A DNA stretch of 53,622 bases from Alphaproteobacteria bacterium (GTDB lineage: Bacteria > Pseudomonadota > Alphaproteobacteria > UBA8317). Positions 33,507 to 43,508 of the stretch are shown here, in pieces; position 1 is the stretch's first letter; the number at the start of each line of letters is the position of its first letter. The translations under genes were made by a program, and so were the position numbers. The stretch covers positions 1 through 53,622 of the forward strand of contig JAYPQH010000006.1 of assembly GCA_038131935.1 (NCBI GenBank), in the 5' to 3' direction. The notes under the pieces were generated by a model. That model saw nothing but the letters and a program-made list of their open reading frames with translations, was not told where the DNA came from and did not search any database.

Positions 33507-33935
33507 TTACTGCAGCGGAATATTCCAGGAGATATCTAGGAGGGGAATGGTTTGTGCAGACGTGATGGCAAGATCGCCCTCCACGGACACATCAAGTTCT
33601 TCAGAAAGGCCTAGAAAAATTGTGGCCGGACGTGGAGGGCTGTAACGCAGATGTTCATAAAGCATATGAAAATCGCTCTGGTTGATGGCCAAATCGCCAT
33701 GCATGACAGGCCTTGTGGCTTCAATATGTAGCTGTCCAATCGGTTCAATTCGGTTGCCTGTCGTGGCCTTGAGTTCCCTGGTTGGGGAAATTTTTAAATA
33801 GCAGGTGCCCCGTGCAATGCTGATCAAGCTTGCAGATGTAGCCAACGTAGCGACCCGTGGGGTCCCTGTGACCTGCAGCTCAGCTGTCTGTACCGACATG
33901 GAAATCACACGGGTTTTGTTCCATTCGCGCATCAA
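33507..33935 (-). CDS. Hypothetical protein coupled to fliA
   Basis: ORF overlaps the fliA stop; no family recognised. Confidence 0.6.
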   Translation of the reverse strand: MMREWNKTRVISMSVQTAELQVTGTPRVATLATSASLISIARGTCYLKISPTRELKATTGNRIEPIGQLHIEATRPVMHGDLAINQSDFHMLYEHLRYSPPRPATIFLGLSEELDVSVEGDLAITSAQTIPLLDISWNIPLQ

Positions 33936-34648
33936 CTGATGGCCTCAAAAGCCAGCCCCAAATCACCTTGCAAACGTTTGAAGGCGTTCGATTTGATTTG
34001 AGATACCCGCCCAGGTGTTACATCCAAAATGGCCGCGATATCATAGATATTTAATTCTTCGACATAGTAAAGTTGTAACACCAAAGCTTCCCGTTCTGGT
34101 AATGTCGCTAAGGCATCGCGCAACATGTCCCGGGCACGTGCGCGGTCAATGGTGGTTTCAGCACTCTCATGATCACTGGCGAATAGAAGAGAATATTCAT
34201 CATAAACTTCATCTATAGATTTATGAAAATTCGCTGCAAAAACACCTTGCCAGTTGGCAAAATCGATTTCATTTAAATTCAGTTCTCGCGCAATTTCCTC
34301 TTGGGTGGCCTCACGTTGTAACTTGTTGCGGAGGCGGTCTGCGGCCGCACGTGTTTCTTGCTGCATTTTGATGGAGCGGCGACAGAGGTTGGAATTGCTG
34401 CGTAAATAATCCAACATTGCGCCGCGGACCCTTAAAACGGCATAGCTGCCAAAGCTTACGCCTTCTTGGGGGGTGTAACGCTGCGCGGCTTCAACCAAAC
34501 CTGTGAGGCCGACTTGCATCAAATCTTCGATTTCGACAACGGCATTCACCCTCCCGTGCAAATGGTGAGCGACCCGCCGAACCATGGCTTCATGTTGTTG
34601 GATCACCAGGTTAATCGGGGGCGTTTGCTCGGGGTAGGATTTGGTCAT
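33932..34648 (-). CDS. fliA: Flagellar sigma factor sigma28
   Basis: EDLMQVGLTGLVEAA, YAVLRVRGAMLDYLR, LYYVEELN, RVSQI. Confidence 0.95.
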   Translation of the reverse strand: MTKSYPEQTPPINLVIQQHEAMVRRVAHHLHGRVNAVVEIEDLMQVGLTGLVEAAQRYTPQEGVSFGSYAVLRVRGAMLDYLRSNSNLCRRSIKMQQETRAAADRLRNKLQREATQEEIARELNLNEIDFANWQGVFAANFHKSIDEVYDEYSLLFASDHESAETTIDRARARDMLRDALATLPEREALVLQLYYVEELNIYDIAAILDVTPGRVSQIKSNAFKRLQGDLGLAFEAIS

Positions 34649-35442
34649 GCCTCGTCGCTTTGGTATCTTTGAAATCGAATGCCTGCAAATTCATTCTTGG
34701 GTGAATCTAAGATAGCTTGTGTGATATGTCTGATCGCACGGGCCTCTTCTCGGCTATGATCTTCCGTCATAAAAGGAATGCGCTGGGCAACAGATGATTG
34801 TATCGCCGCTGTTCGGGGCAAATAGCCACAATAATGCAACTTCACACCCATGAAACGGGAATTGGCTTGCTCGAACCGACGAAATGTTGCCTCTGCTGCT
34901 TGGGCAGAGTCAATCATGTTCACCACGATGTTAAAATGTTCTAGCCCTTTTTCTTGATGCGCAGCTTTGATCAAGGAATAAGCATCCAAAAAACTCGTGG
35001 CTTGGGCCAAAAGAACAATCACCACCCGTTCACAAGCTGCCATGGTGGATAGGATTTCGTCTTCAGCACCCGCAGCTGTGTCAACAACCAAATAAGATAC
35101 ATCATCCAACGCTGGGTTTACGGCCCTTATAAGAGAATGCACCTCATCTGAATTGACATCGAGCATGTTGGTCGCGCCACTTGAACCTCCAATGAGCCCC
35201 AATCCCCCTGGAAGCCAATGGATGGCATCACGGGCAGAGATACTTCCTTCAAGGACATCATAAAGTGTTTTTTCAGGTGCGGCACGCAAAAGGACATGAG
35301 CGTTGGATAGCCCAAAGTCACCATCAAACAAGACAGTTTTCCCCGAATTGCGGGCAAGTTCTAAAGAGAGGTTCACGGCAAGAATGGTCTTACCGACACC
35401 ACCTTTTCCACTTGAAATGGCTATCGATGAAAGCATGGCCAA
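34645..35442 (-). CDS. flhG: MinD-like flagellar number regulator FlhG/FleN
   Basis: SGKGGVGKT, DGDFGLSN, VVDTAAG, DAYSLIK, IVVNM. Lies between flhF and fliA. Confidence 0.9.
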   Translation of the reverse strand: MAMLSSIAISSGKGGVGKTILAVNLSLELARNSGKTVLFDGDFGLSNAHVLLRAAPEKTLYDVLEGSISARDAIHWLPGGLGLIGGSSGATNMLDVNSDEVHSLIRAVNPALDDVSYLVVDTAAGAEDEILSTMAACERVVIVLLAQATSFLDAYSLIKAAHQEKGLEHFNIVVNMIDSAQAAEATFRRFEQANSRFMGVKLHYCGYLPRTAAIQSSVAQRIPFMTEDHSREEARAIRHITQAILDSPKNEFAGIRFQRYQSDEA

Positions 35443-35526
35443 TTTACCTCAATAAGCACTTAAGAGAGCCAATTTGGAAATAAATCAGCACAATTAACGG
35501 AATAGATAATAAAGCTAGGAATGCCG

Positions 35527-36930
35527 TCATGGCAAGGGTTTCTCCAGTTGGGCATCAAGCCTGTTGATCATGGTGTCACGGTGCGCGATGAGTGGGTCTC
35601 CCACATCCCCCCCGCAGGTGATGCCAGCAAGTTGGGATCGCGCCATGACAACCCCTGAAAGATGATTCCAGCACAGGGGTGATATGTCGGTCTTCGTTAA
35701 GATAATATGCGGTTTATAGCCTATCAAAGGTTCAATATGTTGGCTGAGTTGATGGGGTCTGCCCGCTGCCCCCACACAAATCAAAATGGCAACATTCTTA
35801 GGCCCAAGTGCATCATGCAGAGCATGAATGCTATCCAAAACTTGAGGATGGGTGGGAAGGTCTGCTTCGATGAACAAATGATTTTCACACGTCATGGCCT
35901 TGCGTCGTAACAGTTCAGGTTCCAGTGTGATCATGGGGCAACCCATCACGCGGGCTATGTTTTCTAAACGTTGAGAGGCAAACAAAGACCGCTCTGCCGC
36001 ACGAATGATGTTGGGGCTACGGCCGCGATCTTTGGTGCTGATGGCAAGTTGGGTAAGAACATGGGTTTTGCCCACGCCAGGCTCACCAAGAATGATCTTC
36101 ACCCGGGCTTGTTCCCATTTTGGGTCCTTGGGTAGGGCATATTGGAGCAATTCTTGTTGGGCCATGGCTTGTGCCGCTGTGATGTCATCATTTGATTTAT
36201 CAAGGCAGTATTCTGACAACTCAGGAAACTGAAACATTCGCTCCATCACCAATTCCGCATGAAGACGCTGGACCTCTTGCATATGTAACCAATTGGGGGC
36301 AGCGGGTTTGTTGTCTGAAGCCGCAGATGATTTGGTCTCGGTTTCATCGCTTTTCGCCGCATCAGGATGTTCTTTGGTTACGGTTTCTGTGGCTGTTGGG
36401 GCTGCATTCTGGGGTAGAATGGCTGAAGCTTCTTGATCGGTGTTATTTGGTTCTTGAGGTAATTCTTGCAGCGGGTTGTTGAGAATATCTTTGAGGTTGA
36501 TATCGCCATCCACTGTTTTATCAAGAGCCTGTGGTTTTGCGTTGCTTTGTGTAGGCGACTTGTTTGCCTGTGCGGTGGTATCTGTAGGTTGGGGCTTTTG
36601 TGCGGGACCAGAAGATGAGAGGTCTTTTTGTTGCCTGTTCTCAACGCTCTCAGGTTTTTGTCCTGTTGTGGCGGCTTGTTCAGCCATCCGGCTTTTGATC
36701 ATTTCTTCAAGGCGGTGGGCTGTTGATTGATTTTGGGAATTGGCCTCGATCCGGGGGCGCCTATTCTGACGCCTTGGTCGATGTTTGGGTGGTGTTAACG
36801 TCGCGATGATTTCAACGCCATCCTCAACAGTCTTTGTTGAAACGATGTAGGCATTATCTCCCAATTGTTGGGAAACCCGCTCAAGGGCTGTGGGGTAATC
36901 TGGGGCATGGATCGTGACTTCATTCAGCAT
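35527..36930 (-). CDS. flhF: FlhF-like SRP-family GTPase (divergent)
   Basis: N-terminal B domain (ALERVSQQLGDNAYIVST), GEPGVGKT, TKTD. Lies between flhA and flhG. Confidence 0.8.
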   Translation of the reverse strand: MLNEVTIHAPDYPTALERVSQQLGDNAYIVSTKTVEDGVEIIATLTPPKHRPRRQNRRPRIEANSQNQSTAHRLEEMIKSRMAEQAATTGQKPESVENRQQKDLSSSGPAQKPQPTDTTAQANKSPTQSNAKPQALDKTVDGDINLKDILNNPLQELPQEPNNTDQEASAILPQNAAPTATETVTKEHPDAAKSDETETKSSAASDNKPAAPNWLHMQEVQRLHAELVMERMFQFPELSEYCLDKSNDDITAAQAMAQQELLQYALPKDPKWEQARVKIILGEPGVGKTHVLTQLAISTKDRGRSPNIIRAAERSLFASQRLENIARVMGCPMITLEPELLRRKAMTCENHLFIEADLPTHPQVLDSIHALHDALGPKNVAILICVGAAGRPHQLSQHIEPLIGYKPHIILTKTDISPLCWNHLSGVVMARSQLAGITCGGDVGDPLIAHRDTMINRLDAQLEKPLP

Positions 36931-36956
36931 TATGGGTCTCCGGATTCATGGTCATA

Positions 36957-39074
36957 TCATGCCCCTCCAGCAGTTTGGGCTTGCCCAGAAATGGTTGCGA
37001 CGATGTCAATCTTACGTGCGTTGGGCAATTCTGTTGCAGAGATGATCACCACATCGGTGAGATGTTGGCGGACAAAGCTTGCCAATTTACGCCGTAGAAC
37101 TGGAGACACCACAATCAGGGCTTGCTTATTCTGTGAAGCAAGTTCTTCCAATATCCCTGAAATTTCTTGAAGAAGGGCTTGGGCGAGACTTGGATCCAAC
37201 ATCAAACTATCTTGGTCACCATGCCGTGCGGCATTGACCAAAAGTTGCTCAAGTTCTGGTGCCAAGGTTACCACGGGTAATGCATCTTTAATGGGCACGA
37301 CTTGCTGGATCAGCAAATGCACGAGGGCCGGTCGAAGGGCTTCTGCAAGTTCCACCAAGGAAAGATTTTTACCTGTCAATTCAGGAATCATTTCCAGAAT
37401 GCGCCGCATGTCAGAGATGGGAATACGTTCGATGAGAAGCTGGCGCAAAACGCCGGTCAATGTGTGAAGCGGTATGATCTTGGGAACCACGGAAGACACC
37501 AATTGAGGAGCGGCTTCGGGGAGATGGTCAAGGATGGCTTGTACGTCATCTTGCCCCAAAAGTTCACTGGCATGTGATTGAAGAAGTTGACTCAAATGGG
37601 TGGCAATAACAGATTCAGGTTCAATCACCACATATTCATTTGCTTCCGCTTCTGCTTGTTGGTCGCTACGTATCCAAATAGCTTCCATGCCAAAGGATGG
37701 GTCTTTTGCCTCTATGCCGTCTAATTGCAGCACAGAGCGACCGCTAGGGAGCGCCAACTTGCGATCAGGGTAGACAAGATCCTCCCCAACAATTTTTTGA
37801 CCAATGCGGATGCGGTAATGGTTAGGGGCCAGCATCAAGTCATCAGTTACCCGCACTTTCGGGATCACAAAGCCTAGCGATTTAGAGACGTCTTTACGCA
37901 CAGAGGTGATGCGATTGACCAATGGTCCACCTTCTGCGCTGTCATCTACCAGGGATAACAAGGGGTAGCTGAGCAGAACTGTAATGGGCGCGTTGTCTGC
38001 AACTTCCTTAATATCCAGTCGCTCCTTGTTTGGACTGTCATCCGCTTGGGGTTCTTCTTCGGTATAATCAGGCTCAAGTGCTGCACGGCGCTCGGCAACC
38101 CTACAAACAACGCCTACGATTGCAGAAAATGCTGCCATTGTGAGAAAAAGTACGTTTGGCATGCCTGGTATGATACCAATCAAGCCCAAAACACCTGCCA
38201 CAGGAAACCAAGCCCTAGAGATTGATACTTCACCAGAGATATGTTTGGCCATGTCATGGCTTGCGGACACCCTCGTGACAATAATCGCGGTCGCAATAGA
38301 AAGAAGAAGAGAAGGGATTTGGGCTGCAAGTCCATCACCAACGGACAATAAGACATAGTTTTCAGCGGCGATGCCAACAGGTAAATCATGTTGCAAGACG
38401 CCAATAGCCAAACCGCCGATAACGTTGATGATCAAAATTAAGATGCCCGCAATGGCATCACCTTTTACAAATTTAGAGGCACCATCCATGGCGGAATGAA
38501 AGTCTGTTTCACGGCTGAGTTCTGCACGACGCTCGGTGGCTTCCTCAGGTGTCAAAATTCCGGCATTGAGGTCTGCATCAATGGCCATTTGTTTGCCAGG
38601 CATGGCATCCAGGGTAAAACGTGCCGATACTTCGGAAACACGGCCAGCGCCTTTGGTGATCACAACAAGGTTGATGATGACCAATATCAAGAAGACAAAT
38701 AAGCCAACCACGAAATTACCCGCGATCACAAAGGCGCCAAAGGCTTCGATCACCTTTCCCGCGGCGTCAGGTCCGTTATGTCCCTCAGAAAGGACAACCC
38801 TTGTTGATGCCACATTTAGTGCGAGCCGCAACACGGTGGCCACCAAAAGTACGGTGGGAAAACTTGAAAAGTCCAAGGGGCGAAAGGTGTGCAGTGACAC
38901 CATGAGAACCAAAAGGCCCAGTAAGATATTCAGCGAGAAAAAAACATCTAGCAATATGGGAGGAATGGGAAGGACCATCATGGCCACAACAATCAAAATC
39001 CCCAAAGGAAGGATACTTCCCCCTAACCAGGATTGAAGTGATTGCAATCGCGATGAGCCAAGAATGAGATCCAT
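36957..39074 (-). CDS. flhA: Flagellar export gate protein FlhA
   Basis: RLALNVASTR, RVSEVSARFTLDAMPGKQMAIDADL, AMDGASKFVKGDAIAG. Confidence 0.97.
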   Translation of the reverse strand: MDLILGSSRLQSLQSWLGGSILPLGILIVVAMMVLPIPPILLDVFFSLNILLGLLVLMVSLHTFRPLDFSSFPTVLLVATVLRLALNVASTRVVLSEGHNGPDAAGKVIEAFGAFVIAGNFVVGLFVFLILVIINLVVITKGAGRVSEVSARFTLDAMPGKQMAIDADLNAGILTPEEATERRAELSRETDFHSAMDGASKFVKGDAIAGILILIINVIGGLAIGVLQHDLPVGIAAENYVLLSVGDGLAAQIPSLLLSIATAIIVTRVSASHDMAKHISGEVSISRAWFPVAGVLGLIGIIPGMPNVLFLTMAAFSAIVGVVCRVAERRAALEPDYTEEEPQADDSPNKERLDIKEVADNAPITVLLSYPLLSLVDDSAEGGPLVNRITSVRKDVSKSLGFVIPKVRVTDDLMLAPNHYRIRIGQKIVGEDLVYPDRKLALPSGRSVLQLDGIEAKDPSFGMEAIWIRSDQQAEAEANEYVVIEPESVIATHLSQLLQSHASELLGQDDVQAILDHLPEAAPQLVSSVVPKIIPLHTLTGVLRQLLIERIPISDMRRILEMIPELTGKNLSLVELAEALRPALVHLLIQQVVPIKDALPVVTLAPELEQLLVNAARHGDQDSLMLDPSLAQALLQEISGILEELASQNKQALIVVSPVLRRKLASFVRQHLTDVVIISATELPNARKIDIVATISGQAQTAGGA

Positions 39075-39106
39075 GCTATCCTCAAGATGTTCAATGGATT
39101 AAAAGA

Positions 39107-39122
39107 GGCAATAATCATGCCA
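39107..39122 (-). promoter_or_regulatory. sigma54 promoter of the flhA-flhF-flhG-fliA operon
   Basis: Minus strand TGGCATGATTATTGCC. Confidence 0.7.
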
Positions 39123-39286
39123 TTGAGGATATGTTTGTTTTATGTTTTGGATTTGTTGACCCGTTTGCGCAAAGGGGGCCGCGGTTCACTCATGCTGCAT
39201 CATCTATGTTTTAAGATATGAATAAAGGTGTCAATATTTGTGCGGATTGTGGAGCGCATCATCTGTTTGTTTGCATTCCCATTTTC

Positions 39287-39303
39287 TTGGCACGTTTCAT
39301 GCA
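39287..39303 (+). promoter_or_regulatory. sigma54 promoter of the flgP-flgT-flgA operon
   Basis: TTGGCACGTTTCATGCA. Confidence 0.7.
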
Positions 39304-39484
39304 AGCCGTCTTTAGTTTTGGTAAAAAAGATTGCGTCCATGGTTTGCGATGATGGTTAAAAAAACTGAATATCAAGGGTTTTATGCCGTCATGGCGGGGT
39401 TTCGAGGTTCATGAGAGAACGCAAGGAATTGTTTCTCGACGAAGGGTAAACCCTTCATGAATGCAAGGTTTAAGAGTTTAAGAC

Positions 39485-40078
39485 ATGAGTGATGGTATAG
39501 GTAATACGAACATGACAAAAAATATCGGCGAGAAGAAAGTCGTAAAATTCGGCCAGCGGTTCATGCAATCTTGTGTGCTGTTAGGGTTCACATTGCTCTC
39601 AGGATGTGGGGGGATAGCATTTTTGGAGCAAGGTGGCTCAGGTCAACCGCAAACAATGCTGTCGATGATGAATGGTGATCGTCCTGCCACCAAAGATATG
39701 GCGGCGGTAGAGGCAGCACTTGATTTCACGCAAGCAGCCCAAGTGGAAGTTCCAACCATCACGGCGACCGGATATGCTGCAGTGTCTGCGCAACCAGCAC
39801 GTTCGCAAACGGAGAAGCGTCTGATGGCGATCAGGGCAGCACGTCTGTCGGCTTATCGTGACCTTACAGAGCAAATTCATGGCATGAAGATAAGCGCGCA
39901 AACCACAGTTATTGACGCTGTTGTGCAAAATGACTCCTTGCGTGGACAGGTAAAAGGTGTGGTTCGCGGCGCAAGAACGGTACGCATCAACCCAATGGGC
40001 AGTGATACCTATGAGGTTGTGTTGGAAATAGATCGCGATTCCATTAGGCGGATTTTGAGTGCTGCTCGGGGGGCTTAA
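39485..40078 (+). CDS. flgP: LPP20-family flagellar lipoprotein FlgP
   Basis: Lipobox LSGC, ATGYA, KRLMAIRAARLSAYRDLTEQIHG, GVVRGA. Confidence 0.85.
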   Translation: MSDGIGNTNMTKNIGEKKVVKFGQRFMQSCVLLGFTLLSGCGGIAFLEQGGSGQPQTMLSMMNGDRPATKDMAAVEAALDFTQAAQVEVPTITATGYAAVSAQPARSQTEKRLMAIRAARLSAYRDLTEQIHGMKISAQTTVIDAVVQNDSLRGQVKGVVRGARTVRINPMGSDTYEVVLEIDRDSIRRILSAARGA

Positions 40079-41208
40079 TGCAACCAATAAGGCTCCATAA
40101 TCATCTATCTTTTGGTCTGTTTGTGCAGGTGCTTGCCTATGTATTTTTGTTGGGCATGCAACCATTATGGGCACAAACTGTAACCGCAAGGGGTTATGCC
40201 ATGGTGATCCAAGATGATGTGGCCATGGCGAAACGGTCTGCTCTCGAGCAAGCACTGTTTTTTGCAGCCGCAGATGCGGGTCTCAATGTTTATGGCTATA
40301 CGGCCTCTGATGGGGGCAAAATGTTGGCAGATCAGGTCGCCATTCAACCTGGCGGAAAGATCCTTCACTACAAGATAGTCGATGAGCAAGTGGCCAATGG
40401 GCGCGTTGAATTGGAAATCCAAGCCGATGTGCAAACCAAGGCAGATGAAGCCTGTGTCCAAAACCGAAAATACCGCCTGACGGCAGATATTAACCCCATA
40501 TACCTTCCAGCCCGAGCTCCTTATTGGTTGGGTGATCTTCTTCAAGATGCCGCGCAAAAAGTGGTGGAGGAGGTTTTTGCTTCCCCCATGGTGGTGGCAG
40601 CCCCCGCCCCTTATGCGCCCACGTCAGCGGAAAAAGCTGATTTGGATTATCGTTCGATCATGGGGCTGAAGCACGCGTCAACTATAGGGAAAGTTGGCCA
40701 TGCAACCATGCCTGCCACACATCGTTTGTTGGTATCCACAAATCTTAGCGCTGGCCCTGGTTCTGAAGAATTTACCTATGATTTGGTCGCACAAATCTTT
40801 GCCTTGGAAGATGGTCGTCTTGTGACCGAAAAGAGACTGCAAACCCCTTTAAAGTTGGGTTTGGTGACGCCGGTGGAATGGCTTGATGTATTTGGCCAAA
40901 AAACGCCTCAACAGGTCCGCGATGAGCTTCAAGCGTTGACGTCTCATCAATTTATGGGGGTCTTGTTTGATGCGCAATGTGGGCAGTTGGAAGCCATACT
41001 ACAACGTCAAGGGGACCGTTTAATCGCACCTTTGGGTCGTGTGGATGGGGTGCGCCCCTCGGATCTTGCATTTGCAGAAGGCGGAGAGCATTGGCGTGTG
41101 ATGCGTGTGGAGGCATTGCATGATGATCATACGGTTCTCGCCCCTCTCGTGGGGGCGGACTGGGAAAAGCTACAGGGCGTAACGGTTCGTTTTGCAGGTG
41201 GTTCATGA
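40078..41208 (+). CDS. flgT: Flagellar H-ring/T-ring assembly protein FlgT
   Basis: Signal peptide, ARGYA....D..AKRSALEQAL N-domain, C-terminal PLGRVDGVRPSD; follows flgP. Confidence 0.75.
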   Translation: MQPIRLHNHLSFGLFVQVLAYVFLLGMQPLWAQTVTARGYAMVIQDDVAMAKRSALEQALFFAAADAGLNVYGYTASDGGKMLADQVAIQPGGKILHYKIVDEQVANGRVELEIQADVQTKADEACVQNRKYRLTADINPIYLPARAPYWLGDLLQDAAQKVVEEVFASPMVVAAPAPYAPTSAEKADLDYRSIMGLKHASTIGKVGHATMPATHRLLVSTNLSAGPGSEEFTYDLVAQIFALEDGRLVTEKRLQTPLKLGLVTPVEWLDVFGQKTPQQVRDELQALTSHQFMGVLFDAQCGQLEAILQRQGDRLIAPLGRVDGVRPSDLAFAEGGEHWRVMRVEALHDDHTVLAPLVGADWEKLQGVTVRFAGGS

Positions 41209-41558
41209 TATGCTGGTGCGAAGTTAAGGGGATGTTGGTGATGAAACAGGTGATGATAGCTGGATGCATGATCATGGTCATGATGGCAGTGCCTCAAAAG
41301 CTTTGGGCCCATGGTGATGAGGCAGGTTACCTCGTTCGCCCTGGTGATACATTAAGCAGAATTCTGATAGATCGTTTTGGTCACGATGCACCCATTGAGC
41401 AATTGATCAACCAGGTAATCCAAGATAATCAGCAGGCGTTCCCCAATGGGCAGGCGCGCAGCATGCAAGCAGGCCGGCGTATAAAACTCCCTGATGACCG
41501 GTCTGGCAGATATGGCAGGTCCGGTGGGGTCCGTGATGAGATTTACTTCTTCAATTGA
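41205..41558 (+). CDS. Small exported LysM-domain protein
   Basis: YLVRPGDTLSRI ... N..AF...MQAGRRIKLP. True start probably 41232 or 41241. Confidence 0.75.
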   Translation: MICWCEVKGMLVMKQVMIAGCMIMVMMAVPQKLWAHGDEAGYLVRPGDTLSRILIDRFGHDAPIEQLINQVIQDNQQAFPNGQARSMQAGRRIKLPDDRSGRYGRSGGVRDEIYFFN

Positions 41559-42321
41559 AACCTGTCTTGGTCACTTAATTTTCTGTGTCATGATGTTTGG
41601 GATGGTTTTGGGGACTTCTGCCTTCTCCGAGCCAACAAAATCATCTGATCCGCTCACAGGTGCGCAACTCAAAGCCTTTGTTGAAGGCCTTGCGCAAGAA
41701 AAACAGCTTCATGTTGAGGCGCTTTTGAGTGAAAAACGTACATTTTACCCATGTGAACAAGATCTTGTGGGAGAGCCTGTATCACCCAATTGGCGTGCGG
41801 TTCAGGTGCGTTGTCCTGGAGATAAGGGTTGGGATGTCGTGATCAGAACGTCAGGATTGCTCTCTGCTCAAGAAGAAAGCGCATCACCCAGCGCCCCAAT
41901 AGGCAACATGGGCACCAATCCTCAAGAAACATATCCGGCAGTTGTTTATGCAAAGCCTTTGGTTCGTGGCACGGTTCTTAGTTCGGCAGATGTTGAAACC
42001 GCCATGCTTCCTCAAGTCCAAACAATTGGCGTCATGACGCAAATAGAACAAGTCATTGGCCGCACCTTGTTACGAAATGTGGTCGCAGGCGTTGGTGTGG
42101 CAGCAACCCATTTGGAGCCAAGATATATTTTTCGGCCGGGAGATGTTGTGCGCGTGATCAACAACCAAAGCCGTATTGTGATTGAAACAGAGGCTATTGT
42201 GTTGGAACCGGCACAATTGGGTGAAACTTTCCTTGTACAAAATCGGACTTCTGGGGTAAAACTACGTGTGAAAGCATTAGGTGGAAAAAAAGTTCAACTT
42301 ATCGCTAAACTTGATAAATAA
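41536..42321 (+). CDS. flgA: P-ring assembly chaperone FlgA
   Basis: VQVRCPG..GW, SAF-like LVRGTVLSSADV, QVIGRTL, LEPAQLGETFLVQNRTSG. Start uncertain. Confidence 0.88.
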   Translation: MRFTSSIETCLGHLIFCVMMFGMVLGTSAFSEPTKSSDPLTGAQLKAFVEGLAQEKQLHVEALLSEKRTFYPCEQDLVGEPVSPNWRAVQVRCPGDKGWDVVIRTSGLLSAQEESASPSAPIGNMGTNPQETYPAVVYAKPLVRGTVLSSADVETAMLPQVQTIGVMTQIEQVIGRTLLRNVVAGVGVAATHLEPRYIFRPGDVVRVINNQSRIVIETEAIVLEPAQLGETFLVQNRTSGVKLRVKALGGKKVQLIAKLDK

Positions 42322-42332
42322 ATTGTCGTTAT
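42306..42332 (+). promoter_or_regulatory. sigma28 promoter of flgM
   Basis: TAAA-N15-GTCGTTAT. Confidence 0.7.
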
Positions 42333-42459
42333 AGCTTGTGAGGATTTGTATCACATGCTCTGAAAGGACAAAAAACCATACCTAAAAGCCTATGTTTGCA
42401 GGATTATGGGTTGGTTTAAGGGTTCGGACGACAAAGTGATTTTTTGAGGAGTTGGTCAC

Positions 42460-42801
42460 ATGGCGGATCCAATACAGGGTGTACCCGGGACAGCAACAAC
42501 GCTGGTTATACCAGAAGCAACATCAGCACCAAAGGTGCGGGTTTCTGAAGCGGATGCACAGGCTGCTGCACAGGTTGGTGTCGATGCCCCTGCACCTGCT
42601 GCAACCAATGCGGCGGATTTAAACTTAGAATTATCATCAGCGGCACGCGACGTTTTGGCAGTTATGCCAGACATGCCTCCACAGATTGATATTGAGTCGG
42701 TTGAGCGCATCAAAACGGCTATTGCCAACAATGAGTACCCGATTGACTATGATAAGATCGCGACCAAATTGTTTGATGCGGTAAAGTCACTGGAGACCTG
42801 A
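42460..42801 (+). CDS. flgM: Anti-sigma28 factor FlgM
   Basis: LELSSAA, IDIESVERIKTAIANNEYPIDYDKIA. Confidence 0.92.
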   Translation: MADPIQGVPGTATTLVIPEATSAPKVRVSEADAQAAAQVGVDAPAPAATNAADLNLELSSAARDVLAVMPDMPPQIDIESVERIKTAIANNEYPIDYDKIATKLFDAVKSLET

Positions 42802-42862
42802 CATCGCAACCAATCAAGAGCTGATAGACAAGATTGAAGAAAGTTTAAAAGGGCTGCACGCT

Positions 42863-43054
42863 TTGCGTGACAGCCCTTCTGGATTCAAACAGCAGGCTGA
42901 ACAGCTTTACCAGATGTTGACCCAGCTCTCCCAAGAACGCCTTGCTGATGAAGATGAAGAGCGCTTGCAGGCGTTGCTTCCTCTTCTTTCCCGTGAGCTG
43001 TCATTTTCTGAAGAGCTTGCCAATGTCCTTACATTCGCGCCAAAACAGAAGTGA
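42863..43054 (+). CDS. Small helical hypothetical protein after flgM
   Basis: 63-aa ORF in the position usually held by flgN, but too short to call. Confidence 0.4.
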   Translation: MRDSPSGFKQQAEQLYQMLTQLSQERLADEDEERLQALLPLLSRELSFSEELANVLTFAPKQK

Positions 43055-43091
43055 ACATCAATAGTTTTGATGAGGAAAAGGAGAGGGAATC

Positions 43092-43508
43092 ATGGAATGG
43101 TTCGCCGAATTTTGGGGGCTGCTCTTGATTATGCAGGTCTTGGTTCTTTTGGGTTTGCTGCTGGTCTTTATGCAAGCGAGGCGATTGGCTCTAAAGTCAC
43201 AGCAGTCATTGATAAAGAACATGACAGACCTGATGTCACGTATTCAAGCCCAAGAAGCTATGTTGGACGGTATTCAAGAGAAAGTTAAAAACCTCCATGC
43301 CCAAACTGCTGACCGTGATGTGGCACTTGCAGACCTTGATACAAAACTGGAGCGCGCTCAGGAAATGATGCGGAACAATACACCCCATCAAGTTGTTGGG
43401 TCTTCAGTGGGGGCGAGTGAGGGCGAAGTTGCCTTTTTGAAGCGTTTTGCAAGCAAAGGTGGGCCCACCAAACCTCGAACAGATATCAATCCTTCGGATG
43501 AGGTTTAA
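43092..43508 (+). CDS. Membrane-anchored coiled-coil hypothetical protein (DUF2802-like architecture)
   Basis: N-terminal TM helix, coiled coil, C-terminal short HTH-like segment (GASEGEVAFL). Confidence 0.55.
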   Translation: MEWFAEFWGLLLIMQVLVLLGLLLVFMQARRLALKSQQSLIKNMTDLMSRIQAQEAMLDGIQEKVKNLHAQTADRDVALADLDTKLERAQEMMRNNTPHQVVGSSVGASEGEVAFLKRFASKGGPTKPRTDINPSDEV

